Below are positions 1 to 10,600 of a stretch of 14,674 bases of DNA, piece by piece. A program made the translations under genes and the position numbers. The stretch lies in the NCBI GenBank assembly GCA_030704615.1, contig JAKLZA010000061.1, positions 1 through 14,674 of the forward strand, in the 5' to 3' direction. The DNA is from Takakia lepidozioides (taxonomy: Eukaryota > Plantae > Bryophyta). Within the stretch, counting starts at the first letter, position 1. The number at the start of each line of letters is the position of its first letter. The notes under the pieces are model-generated. The model was given only the letters and a program-made list of their open reading frames with translations. It did no database searches and was not told the DNA's origin.

Positions 1-157
1 GTCATGTTACGGAGTACGTGATTTCTTTGCCTGTAGGACTTAGAATAGTGATTATAGCCCATCATGTAAGAAACGTACAATTTACCCTTCATGCTAAACC
101 GCAATTTTTAGCGCAGTTCAGTTAGCCCCACCTACACCGCACCTTACGCACGACCCC

Positions 158-165
158 CCCTAGAC
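158..165 (+). repeat. Left target-site duplication (CCCTAGAC; identity extends to 12 bp, CCCCCCCTAGAC, 154-165)
   Basis: The same sequence follows the right end (13498-13505; 12-bp match at 13494-13505). A length of 8-9 bp fits MULE TSDs. Confidence 0.8.
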
Positions 166-186
166 GAGGTTTGCTATTTCATGAGC
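166..186 (+). repeat. Left terminal inverted repeat
   Basis: GAGGTTTGCTATTTCATGAGC; 172-186 is the exact reverse complement of 13477-13491. Confidence 0.85.
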
Positions 187-246
187 ATGAGCGCATGAGC
201 GGCATGAGCGGCATGAGCAGAGTATAACACAATCGGTTTCATGAGC
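180..246 (+). repeat. Left subterminal CATGAGC repeats (6 copies)
   Basis: CATGAGC starts at 180, 186, 194, 203, 212 and 240. It is mirrored by GCTCATG copies at the right end. Confidence 0.8.
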
Positions 247-414
247 AGAAGTACAAATTTCGAAAATAAAAAACAATAAAAACAATAATTAATGCAATGT
301 GTCAGGAAAACAAAACATATATTATTCGGCCCCTTGAAGGGAAAATTGCACTTTTGACAGTTGTGCTCATGAAATTTCGTCTTCCGCTCATGCCAATTCC
401 CAGCGACATGTGCA

Positions 415-775
415 AATATGGCGCCGAATTTCGCGGTAATAGGGTCCGTAACCTGAAAAAACGGCGACGTATTTCGCGGCAATAGGTCTCTCTGGCGAAA
501 AATGGTGCCGAATTCCACGGCTATAGGTCCCCTCATGACAGGTAATTCGGCGCCATTTTTTCCAGTGCATGTTCGGACTTAGCCAGTTTTCGGCCCAAAA
601 AGAGAAATTCGGCGCCATTTTTCCAGACACGGTACCAGTGCATGTTGGGACTTAGCCAGTTTTCGGCCCCAAAAAGAGAAATTCGGCGCCATTTTCCCAA
701 ACACAGGTACCAGTGCATGTTGGGACTTAGCGAGTTTTCGGCCCCAAAAAGAGAAATTCGGCGCCATTTTTCAGA
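415..775. repeat. Left subterminal array of AATTCGGCGCC-type motifs (62/74/75-bp units), downstream of the transposase
   Basis: GGCGCC at 420, 549, 611, 685 and 760 (variants at 463, 504). Units contain GGACTTAGCCAGTTTTCGGCCC, closely matching the intronic array at 10202-10907. Confidence 0.85.
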
Positions 776-944
776 AATGGCCCCACAACTGCTTCTGTTG
801 GATCTCAGTTTGAATGGAATATTGCCTCATTCCAGGAGTTTTGGGGTGCATTTCATTACACTGCAAAAAAAAAGTCACTGCAAAAAAAGTCTGATACAGC
901 AAATGCATTTGAAAATATCCATATGGAGGATTCCGTTTGCCCCA

Positions 945-3900
945 TCAATGATTTCTGGAATCCCTAAGGAGGAGTTTGTGCAGCTCGTTCACGCTCAACG
1001 CCGGTGCATGAATAAAGTCATCAATAGTCACGTTCATCCTCAACCTCTTCAGGTAAATGTAATACAGATGCTTGCACGGATAATACTTCGAACCCTTCTT
1101 TGCTTCCATCAACGAGAAGTCCGTACAGTTGCAAGTCGGCTCCACTCCAATCGTAATTGTGTATACATCGTCGCGTACAGCCGAGCCGGCCGTTGCCATC
1201 CGATACACACGCCCAAGGCCGGGTGGGGGTACGTCCACGGAGCTCTGAATAGTGCAAGCCATCCCAAGAGCATTGGCAATCCGAGTCTCATTCAACTTGT
1301 TGGGAGGGTGTCGTCTCTTCACTCTTTCCGAATCGCATTGTGGGATGTGCAGAATTGTCCAATCCGTCTCTACTGGACCGAGCAGTCTGCAATGGCTGGG
1401 TCTGAGGAACCGGAAATGCGTGGGCCGGGATGTCTGTGCGTTGCACCATTCGAAATCCTGCTGCAGATAGAGCATCCGCCTCATTCTGAGAGAGGCTGCA
1501 ACCCGGTGCAACAGGCCAGACGCCCGGAGGCTCCGGCATTCCCTGAATCCCGTACTTGGGCTTGCCAAATACACAGGTCATTATGTCGTGCCTACAGAAC
1601 CAAAATGTCTGCGTTGTGGCGTGAGCAAATGTGGGAGTCAAAAATCTGCCGCTGAAACAAGGTGCAGGTACAGCACCGTGTGGGTTCCTCCGAATCATCT
1701 CACCACAGCGTGCTCTCGTATCCACCCGGATGGCGCAACACTTCCCTCGAAATGCCGGCAATGTCCTCGCAATTCTCCACTGTGACTCCGACACTCTTGT
1801 CTCCACAATGGGAATGTTGTATTGCTTTACTACAGATGGCTCGTTATGTTGCCGGGGCACGCGCCCTGTGCTCAAAGGAGATGGCGATCTTGAACGTGCA
1901 GGACTTCCGGTGCTCGACGAGACCTCCTCGGACAACATCACCGGACCACGAGGGAGCGTGCGAATATTCTTGTCAGCTCGCCATGAATCCTCTTCTCCGC
2001 CAGGTGCCTCGTCAAGTCTTCGTCTCACTGGACGGGTATGAACATCTCCTTCCAAATGTTGGCCTCTTCGCAGCAATGGCGTGTCCCGAAGGCCCTCTCG
2101 CAAGGCCGCCGCCCACTTCCGAGGATTCTTCGATCTGGAGGCAGTCCGCATCAGCATTTCCTGCCTGTCCGGCCCCAAGCCCCACTGTTTCCCTTTCAAG
2201 AACTCGTTGTACCTGCATTGCTGCATAATTGACCTCACAATGTCCTCCGTTGTGGCAGTGAGGATGTCCACCAGATGCGCCGCAGAGGAGGCACGCCAGG
2301 AAGAGTGCACTGATTCGGCCATGTTTGTCGTGGGCATGTCGGTGTCGGAGTCGAGACACATTTCCTGCACAAGCACATGTTCAGGTTACAAGCAAGTTAC
2401 AAATATGGCCAAGAATAATATCCAACGGGACGCGAATTCGTGTCAACTCACCTCCCGCATATAGTCGCCGAACTGGAGGAAACGATAATGCCACCATGCT
2501 AGCCAACTGACCATTGCTCCTTTCGTCTGATTTCCTTACAGCACCTGACGATGTCCACCAAGCCCGTATGCATGCAAACTGTGTCTCTGCATCATCCAAG
2601 GTGGGAGCGCGCTTCCACGCAAGGCACATGGAACGGTGCTCCTCTCTGAAATCTGGCGCCACGAGCCTGGTTGTGTACTGCGAAAGGCTCTGCAGAAAAT
2701 GGAACCCACAAGATCTCTCCTTGCCTTCCATGGGAACATTGGGGTCTTGCCCGTACACCCTTCGGATGGCAGCCCAATTTGCTTGTGCGTTGTCCGCCAT
2801 GAAACCACGGAAATTGGGAGGGGGCAATCCCGCCTTGGCCATCTGTTCGTTTATTCCCTGCCAAAGAAGCATCTCCGATTGTGTGTCCTCTCCTTTCATC
2901 TCACAAATAGCAATTGTCATTAGCATCCTGCAGTGGGTGTCGTAGACATGTGCACCCATTGTCACCCACTGGTGATTTGTAATTCGCTTGATATGGTCGA
3001 ACATGACCCAACTGTTTGACAAGTTCCCACTCGTCATCCTGTCGACCAGTTCGACGCCACTGCCAGGTCCACACGTGGACATTTTGAATACGAAACAACG
3101 ATCTGCCTCAGTCCCTTGTCCTGGAAACCTACTTCCATGAATGTAGTCATATCCACATCGTCGCTTCACCTCCAGAATGGAGTGCATATCCGAGCCACGC
3201 CCAATTTTCTGTTTGCATGAGACAATGTGGTTTCGGACATTCGGTGAACATACGTGGGACACCGACTCCAGCAATGCCTCCATTTCCTTCTCGTCGAGAG
3301 GAACTCTATCGGAGCCGTCTTCCGACATAATTCTGGCCAATGCCATCTTATGGGCGGCTTGGAGCTGTATCTGTTTGGGTTTGGCACCCGGTCTCAACTT
3401 AACCTCCTCCTGAACGAGCTGCTCTGCTTCGTGGGCAGCCTCCCGCGAGTTCCCCCTCGCCAATTTGTGACAATGGGAACCAACGTGTATGCAAGCTCGG
3501 GTGAGGTCAGGGAAACGGTGCAACACATAGAACTGCTTGGCATTACAAACAGACATGCAGTGTGGTGGTTCTTTGCAATGCGCACACTTAAATGTGGAGT
3601 TCGGAACCTTCTCCTGAGCTCGAAATGGTTGGTGAGCTGTGCCTGTCCAATCGGTCTCGTTCCTGTGACCTCTGGATTTAAAGTGGAAGCAAGTTGGGGA
3701 GAAACACCGCAACGCGCCCGCACAAACAACGTAGCGCACCCGCACACCATCAAGCATCTTCATGCTGGTGGTTTTGGTAACGCACCAAGGATGACCGTCA
3801 TGTTTTCTATCCATATCTGTCAACATTCCGGACGCCCTCGAGTAGTCCGCCCGAGGAGGGAACTCAAAGAAGATATTACCGTCGACGTCGGCGGGAAGGC

Positions 3901-4539
3901 ATGTAACCGATTTAATTGCGAACTTGCTGTAGTCCAGCCCGCCAGCTCCGACCGGTGTCCCTCCAGGTGAAGCCCTCGCAGAATTTCTAGAATAGATCGA
4001 ACTGCGGTGCTCGTGCTGGGAATATGACTCCCTCCTCCACTGACGTCCATTGAGGACTTGCCTGATCTCCAGGACGACCTCGGAACTTCCATGACCTCGT
4101 CTGAGTCGGACAGGTTGTGAACAACCCGGTTCTCGGTCGTCTTCATGGATGGGTTCGGCTCTGGATTAACTTCGTTGCGGACTTCTCTCTTTGAGGTACC
4201 CACTCTCTGATTCGCGGATTGTTTCGTGGAAGGCGCCAGGATAGACGGTGCATTTGGCGGGCAAATGAAGTCCCCAACAGCCCTGTATATGACGCTGTCC
4301 GATGGTGGAACTCGCCATTCCCTGCCATCGCCGAAATCATCGTGGAGCACAACAATACTCTCGACAACAAGGCCGTTTGAGTCCTTCCTTTCCTCCTCCA
4401 AAAAAACCGACCCCGGTTTCAGGTGGTATCGAACGCACAGATATTTCTCCATCACCCGGCAGGTGTCCCCTCTGCACGGAAATGAAGCTCTATGCTCGTG
4501 AGGAGGGCAGTACACTGTAGCGCTCGGGTTTTCCGCCAT
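945..4539 (-). CDS. MULE/MuDR-family DDE transposase (~1170 aa) with GCM-like Zn finger and SWIM finger; one intron and three apparent 1-bp frameshifts
   Basis: Starts at ATG 4539 (MAENPS) and joins ORFs 3820-4671, 2381-3826, 1288-2376 and 945-1574. Frameshifts fall at ~3939 (SELAG->LDYSKFAIKSVTCLPADVDGNIFFEFPP), ~2521 (SDE->GAMVSWLAWWHYRFLQFGDYMRE) and ~1323; the intron is 2365-2451. Catalytic motifs: WVMFDH (D 2996-2998), FMADNAQA (D 2792-2794), CGFH (CxxH 2699-2710), TTNMAESVH (E 2314-2316). Confidence 0.88.
1050..1165 (-). other. SWIM zinc-finger domain of the transposase
   Basis: YTITIGVEPTCNCTDF...YYPCKHLYYIY matches the CxC-xn-CxH SWIM pattern. Confidence 0.88.
2365..2451 (-). other. 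87-bp GT-AG intron in the transposase
   Basis: Minus strand GAG|GTGAGT...CTGAAC...TGTGCAG|GAA. Splicing joins DYMRE to EMCLDSDTDMPTTNMAE in frame. Confidence 0.8.
3462..3800 (-). other. GCM/WRKY-like zinc-finger DNA-binding domain
   Basis: DGHPW...RYVVCAGALRC-x4-C...CAHC-x5-C-x3-C...ACIHVGSHCH resembles the GCM pattern (W...CxGxxxC...C..C...C...HxGxHxH). Recognised by eye. Confidence 0.65.
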
Positions 4540-4842
4540 GGGAGATGTGCACACAAGACTGCCAGGATGGCGTGCGGGGAAGCTCCCTGGTAGAAGGGGG
4601 TGCAGCGATGGGAATGAATGCGATGCCGATTTGTCCGAGCGACGAAGCCTGATCCAAATCCAGGGAGCCAACTATCTCAAAAATCCACAGTCAGAGTGTT
4701 AATGAACCTTGTCTCCGGAATGCGGCCCCTGGTCTTTGCGCAATAACTGCCAACGGTATGCAGTCAGAAAGTGGGGGGCCGTCCGGATGATGACGGCTGA
4801 AGGGGAGAAGCCGGCACCGTGCCCTCACATTACTACCCCCGA

Positions 4843-5345
4843 ATGGAAATTCGGCACCCAATATCCAACAGAGGAAGCCCGGATGAAGTCGCCTCGGGCG
4901 CAGAGGCCGGAGTGTGTGCGACAGAGAACATCCCCTGGATGGAGATTCGGCGCCGAATTTCCATCCGGGCCCCCCAAAGGGAGTCGTGTCGGGGGGTCAG
5001 GCCGAAAACTGGACGGCATAAAAACATCCCCAGATGGAAAAACGGCGCCGAATTTCCATCCGGGGCGGTTCGGATGCAGTCGGGGAGGGGGGAGTGGCCT
5101 GCAGTTGGCCGTCACATTTCAACCCCCGGACGGAAATTCGGCACCGAATATCGAACAGGGGACGCCCGGATGAAGTCGCCTCGGGCGCAGAGGCCGGCGA
5201 GTGTGCGACAGAGAACATCCCATGGACGGAGATTCGGCGCCGAATTTCCATCCGGGCCCCCCCCAAAGGAAGTCTTGTCGGGGGGTCAGACCGAAAACTG
5301 GCCGACATAAAAACTTCCACAGATGGGAAAACGGCGCCGAATTTG
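4843..5345. repeat. ~288-bp tandem duplication with palindromic cores every 95-97 bp, upstream of the transposase
   Basis: 4845-5058 is similar to 5132-5345. GGCGCC/GGCACC cores lie at 4853, 4949, 5044, 5140, 5236 and 5333. Confidence 0.85.
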
Positions 5346-5770
5346 CAATCCTGCATGTAGGTGGAATCCCGGTGGATGGAATTCGGCGCCGAATTTCCAT
5401 CCAGCAGGTAGGTGGAGTCCCGGATGGATGGAGATTCGGCGCCGAATTTCCATCCAGCAGGTAGGTGGAATCCCGAATGGATGGAGATTCGGCGCCGAAT
5501 TTCCGTCCAGCACGTAGGTGGAATCCCGGATGGATGGAGATTCGGCGCCGAATTTCCATCCAGCAGGTAAGTGGAATCTCGGATGGATGGAGATTCGGCG
5601 CCGAATTTCCATCCTGCAGGTAATTCGAATACCGGATGAATGGAAATTCGGCGCCGAATTTCCATCAAGCACGTAAGCCGAATCCCGCATAAATGAAATT
5701 CGGCGCCGAATTTCCATCCAGCAGGTAAGTCGATGGGTGCCGTATGGATATTCGGCGCCGAATTTCCATT
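5325..5770 (-). repeat. 52-53-bp tandem array, 9 palindromic cores (left arm)
   Basis: GGCGCC at 5333, 5385, 5438, 5491, 5544, 5597, 5650, 5702 and 5754. A perfect 26-bp palindrome ATGGAAATTCGGCGCCGAATTTCCAT lies at 5640-5665. Confidence 0.92.
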
Positions 5771-6026
5771 CGCCATGTATTTCTGAGCGTGGAATTACCT
5801 TCGTGCAGGTAATTCCCAGATGATAATTACCTTTGTGCAGGTAATTTCCAGATGAGAATTACCTTCCTGCAGGTAATTCCAATCGATGTGAATTCTTCGT
5901 CCACAATTACCTGCACGAAGGTAATTCTCATCTGGAAATTACCTGCACAAAGGTAATTATCATCTGGGAATTACCTGCACGAAGGTAATTCCACGCTCAG
6001 AAATACATGGCGAATGGAAATTCGGC
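5757..6026. repeat. Central long inverted repeat (122-bp arms, 1 mismatch, 26-bp loop) containing six AATTACCT-N6-AGGTAATT sites
   Basis: 5757-5878 is the reverse complement of 5905-6026 except for the 5867/5916 pair. The sites start at 5793, 5825, 5857, 5905, 5937 and 5969. Confidence 0.92.
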
Positions 6027-6745
6027 CGAATATCCATTTGGCACCCGATTCGAATTACCTGCTGGATGGAAATTCGGCGCCGAATTTCGATTCATCCGGT
6101 ATTGGAATTACCTGCTGGATGGAAATTCGGCGCCGATTTCCATTTATGCGGATTCGACTTACCTGCTGGATGGAAATTCGGCGCCGAATTTCCATTCATC
6201 CGGGATCCGAATTACCTGCTGGATGGAAATTCGGCGCCGAATTACCTGCTTGAGGGAAATTTGGCGCACCGCCCTACCTGCGCGGATGGAAATTCGGCGC
6301 CGGATTTCCATCCGCGCGCTTCCGAATTACCTGCATGAGGGAAATTTCCACCGCCGCCCTACTGCGCGGATGGAAATTCGGCGCCGGATTTCCATCCGCG
6401 CGCTTCCGAATTACCTGCATGAGGGAAATCTTCCACCGCCGCCCTACCTGCGCGGATGGAAATTCGGCGCCGGATTTCCATCCGCGCGCTTCCGAATTAC
6501 CTGCATGAGGGAAATTTCCACCGCCGCCCTACCTCCGCGGATGGAAATTCGGCGCCGGATTTCCATCCGCGCGCTTCCGAATTACCTGCATGAGGGAAAT
6601 TTCCAGCGCCGCCCTTCCTCCGCGGATGGAAATTCGGCGCCGGATATCCATCCTGCTGCGCTCCGAATTACCTGCAGGATGGAAATCCGGCGCCGGAATT
6701 CCATCGTGCAGCGCTCCGAATTACCTCTACGTTGGAAATTCCGGG
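6010..6745 (+). repeat. Right-arm array: 51-53-bp units followed by 84-86-bp units, same palindromic core, opposite orientation to the left arm
   Basis: GGCGCC at 6076, 6129, 6180, 6233, 6296, 6380, 6466, 6551, 6636 and 6689. Linkers contain TTACCTGC, whereas the left arm has GCAGGTA. Confidence 0.9.
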
Positions 6746-7647
6746 ACTGTTTACGTCGATTTTCATCCGACATGGAGGGCTTCATCCGACATTTAATTGC
6801 GCAGTTGGGCAATAAATGTCGACGGCCGTCGGTTATTATTTGGGCTGGCGACGCATGGCTTCCTGGACACGTACCCTAAATCTCATGCTAAACTTGGCTT
6901 AACATGGTATTCCAGGCATGTACCCCAAAAAAGGAGATCTCTTTGGCTGGGACTTATGCCGCCTGAAGGGCGTGGCTCTCCTGAGAGAGACCTCACATCC
7001 AGACCGCGGCGGAAGTTGAAAGCTCTGTACTACGGACGACGGCCAATCTCTCGCATGGCAAACTGAAGCTCCAGCAGGAGATTCCAGTGTCTTGCTCACA
7101 ACCTGCGCCAACTGAAGCCGAGTACTCTCAGGCAAGCCACTTCTGCTTTCGGTTTGTTCGATTTATTTTTTGCTTTCGCTTTGTTTTTGCATCTTCATCC
7201 TGGCTTTGCTGTATGAGTGAACTTTAGATAGTTGAGTGAACCTTAGATTGTTTGCAATGCGTGTGCAAATCCGGCAGCTCTGGAGAAGGCTGCTTGTGCA
7301 TGTCATTCTTAGGCAATTGTTGCATTTGTTTTCATTGTTGTTGCATGGCTCTCCATACTTCCTAAACTTGTTATGTTTTCATTTTTGCTACATGATTGTT
7401 GCTATGGTGGTTGCGCTGCTCGTTGCGATGCTGCTTTTTGCACCGATGTTGGTTTTCACGATTTTTGTCAATGACAGAGTGACGACGAGCCCGGCACGCT
7501 GGTGGTATCATCGACAGCTCCAACTCATCGCATGTTTGAATCGCCCAACTTGGGCGAGAGGGCAAACTTAAACCTTTTGTTGGTGGACGGGAGGACTTGC
7601 AACGAGATTACGACAGAGTAGGCATTGGGGAGGTTGGTGCAGGCGGC

Positions 7648-10600
7648 ATGGCAGGTGAAGGGCGTGAGGACATGAGGACAGCAGATCCGGCAATGGAGGT
7701 TGTTCATGCACATGCAGTAGGGCCCGCCCACGCAAAGAAAAAGAAGAAAGCTAAGCACATGCAATCCCCGGCGAGAGAGCAGTCACGGGCTGCGGAGGGG
7801 GAGTGAGCAGTGCGCGCGAGGGTGTCAGTTCGCCTCAATCAAAGGTGGTCGTCCTGGAGGGCTCCCCTGCTGCTAGCCCTAGTAAGAAACAGAAAGCCCG
7901 TGAGAGGGCAAAAGAGAGGGCAAAAGAACAGACGAGACAGAATGCTAGCCAGGAGGAAAGACAAAAGGCAGCTGAAGAGGCCAGGGGTGCCCAAATGACA
8001 GATGCCAATGTAAGCGAGGGACCCACAGAGACGGTGGATCCCTACAAGACACCACAGAGAGGCAGTAGCACACCGGTTAGACCATCGCGGGCAAGAGCAG
8101 CCCCCGCAATTACCCATACGGTGGAGAGTGGAGGAGAGGAAAGAACACCTGAAAGAGCACGGATTGTGCAAGTTCGAGGTGAAGCCAGGGAGAGGGCAGT
8201 AGAGACGACGAGAGTGCTGGAGGTGGTTTCGCAGGTGGCTGACCCTGTTGAGGAGGACGACATGGAGGTTTCTGACCAGGATGACATCCTCCCGGACATC
8301 CCCAGGCCCCAAACCCGGAGCATACAGGCTGGATTTGGCGGTCCTGGTGGGCTGCCGGAAAACCCCTCTGCAGCAGACGTCATGTCTGAGGCGGATATGA
8401 AGTTGGCCGCTGCCAAGATGTTGGAGGCAACCCACAGCAACATTGGCAGGGTGCTGGGGGGCATGGTGTACCCGGCCAAGCTTCGAATTCCCCTTTGCCG
8501 CTTGGTGTCATTGCAGGTGGTGAGACCTGCCCTCCCAGGCGATATCGACAAGCTGAAATTCTCTTTCCGGGATGGATATCGAATGGGGTCTGCCGCCTTT
8601 TACGTTTCCATTGAGAACGACCACGGAGCTTCCCGTGCCCACACTTCCGATGAGGTGGACAAATGGGGTCCCCATTGGCAAACGCGAAATGAGGAGTTCG
8701 AGAGATCGATTGCTAGTGATCCTCTTTTCCAGCACATGTCCGGTAAGATGTTCTACGTGTGGGACGGCAATCATCGCCTCCTGGCATGGATGGAGCACAT
8801 TGCCCAAGCCCACCCCAACGATCTCGATTGGCATTTCGCCGTCGATTGTGTTGTGCTGAAGGTTGCGGGGCCCAAAGATCGCAGTCTTCTCAAAGCTGCA
8901 ATGGCCGACATCAACTCGTAAGCTACAACCCCTCTCGCTTTTGGACTTTGAATTTGGAAGTCATTTCATTGCGAATCCTCATATATGATGAAAATTCCCA
9001 TTTCAGTATTGTTTGATGGAAATGTGGCACTGCAGGGTGACTGAGAATGCCTTCATTGCCACCAACTTGTCCCATATGCTCTTCCGAGTGAAGGATGTCG
9101 GGAAGCAGGGGGTGCAAGAGTTTGCCAATTCCCTCAGTGCCGACCTCCTGCGCAAGTCGGAGGCAAAGGCAGACAGAACCTGGTATAGGCTGAGCGTCGA
9201 CGCCATGGTGGACTACATATTTCGGGTAAAGCTCCTGACAGTTTTGTTGAGCTAATTTGTCTCTCCTCCCCCAATAGAAGAAATTGTGTTGAGCAGGATC
9301 TCTAATCTTATGTGCGCCTTTTCGACAGACGAAAATACAGCAGGATTTGGCACATGCGCGGAGGTTCTACATGGAGTCAGAGGAGAAGAATCCAACCCTC
9401 CCGGAACTCGAATCGTATGTCAAAGCTGCGGAGGTGAGGGCCCGCATAAAGTACAAGTCGCGGATGGTAAAGTACGTGGCCATAGCTGATCCCGCCCTTG
9501 GTGCCGACTTTCTGGTGGAGGTGGGGAAGCACTACTCTCGCGCTCTGAAGCCCACGATGACATTGGAGAAGCTCCATCGTCTAGCCACATCCTGTGTGGA
9601 TGCAACAGAAAAGGTGATACATTCTTAACCAAATTGTGGTGGCAACAACTCCTTTTTGTGGTGTTTGGCGCTTACGAATATGCTGGGTGGTTGGACAGAC
9701 CCGGTGGCTCCAAATCTGGAATGGTTCCCAAAGTACCAGGGACATGTGGAGCTTCCCCAAACCGGACAAACTCTCTGACCCCACATTCGACATGTGGATG
9801 AACCGCATGACATGGTGGTTTCAGGTACTTCCCCACGCTTCGTTTGGGGCTTCTACTCTAGTAGGGGGTGGATTCATTGTATTTTTTGAGGAAAGCGATC
9901 TGATGGACAATCTCCACAGGTGACGACGAATGCGCAAGAGCAGCTGGACACACAAGCACATCAGTTCAAGATGGAGATATCTCCTGCAGCAGAGAGCCTA
10001 CGTGACTATGTGACGAGGTACTTTCTGCTCTACAAAACCAACCTATTCTTTCGGGAGATAGCAGATGCTCGCCGGAGCCACGAGTTCACCGACCAGCCGA
10101 ACGCGGACAAAGCAGCAATGCGCCTTCTGTACAGGTACATACGCGCTGCCTTTCTTTCAAGTCCTGGCATTTCAGGATGTTAGAGGCCTAAGTGGTGTTA
10201 GGGAAAATGGCGCCGAATTTCCAGTCAGGGCTCCGAAAATGGCTAAGTCCCTAGACTGGCTGGCCCGGAACTGGAAATTCGGCGCCATTTTCCAGTTCCA
10301 GGCCCTATTGCCGTTCAGGGACTTAGCCATTTTCGGCCTAAGTCCCTAGTGTGGCTGGCCCGGAACTGGAAATTCGGCGCCGTTTTCCAGTTCTAGGCCC
10401 TATTGCCGTCCAGGGACTTAGCCATTTTCGGGCTAAGTCCCTAGGGTGGCTGGCCCGGAACTGGAAATTCGGCGCCGTTTTCCAGTTCTAGGCCCTATTG
10501 CCGTCCAGGGACTTAGCCATTTTCGGGCTAAGTCCCTAGACTGGCTGGCCCTGAAGTGGAAATTCGGCGCCATATTCCAGTTCCAGGCCCTATTGCCGTC

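Noticed and set aside
642-1655. 337-aa plus-strand ORF and other antisense ORFs over the transposase
   Set aside because: It starts in the repeat array and is the shadow of the SWIM-containing minus-strand frame. It has no recognisable motifs.
945-4539. Zisupton/KDZ or hAT transposase
   Set aside because: SWIM and an 8-bp TSD would fit, but the D...D-x-A...CxxH...TTNxAE motif series and G-rich termini are MULE-like.
5325-6745. CRISPR array (palindromic repeats with ~27-bp spacers)
   Set aside because: The spacers are near copies of each other rather than unique, there are no cas genes, and the context is eukaryotic with introns.
4709-6879. ORFs with repeated MEIRRRISI / WKFGAEF / DGNSAPN peptides (also at 388-767 and 10433-10900)
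   Set aside because: These are translations of the palindromic DNA repeat, appearing in all frames on both strands. The unit lengths (53, 85, 95) are not multiples of 3.
7130-7642. Hydrophobic 111-aa ORF 7236-7571 as a membrane protein
   Set aside because: T-rich sequence ending in TGCAG just before ATG 7648 looks like a 5'-UTR intron. The donor could not be fixed, so it is not annotated.
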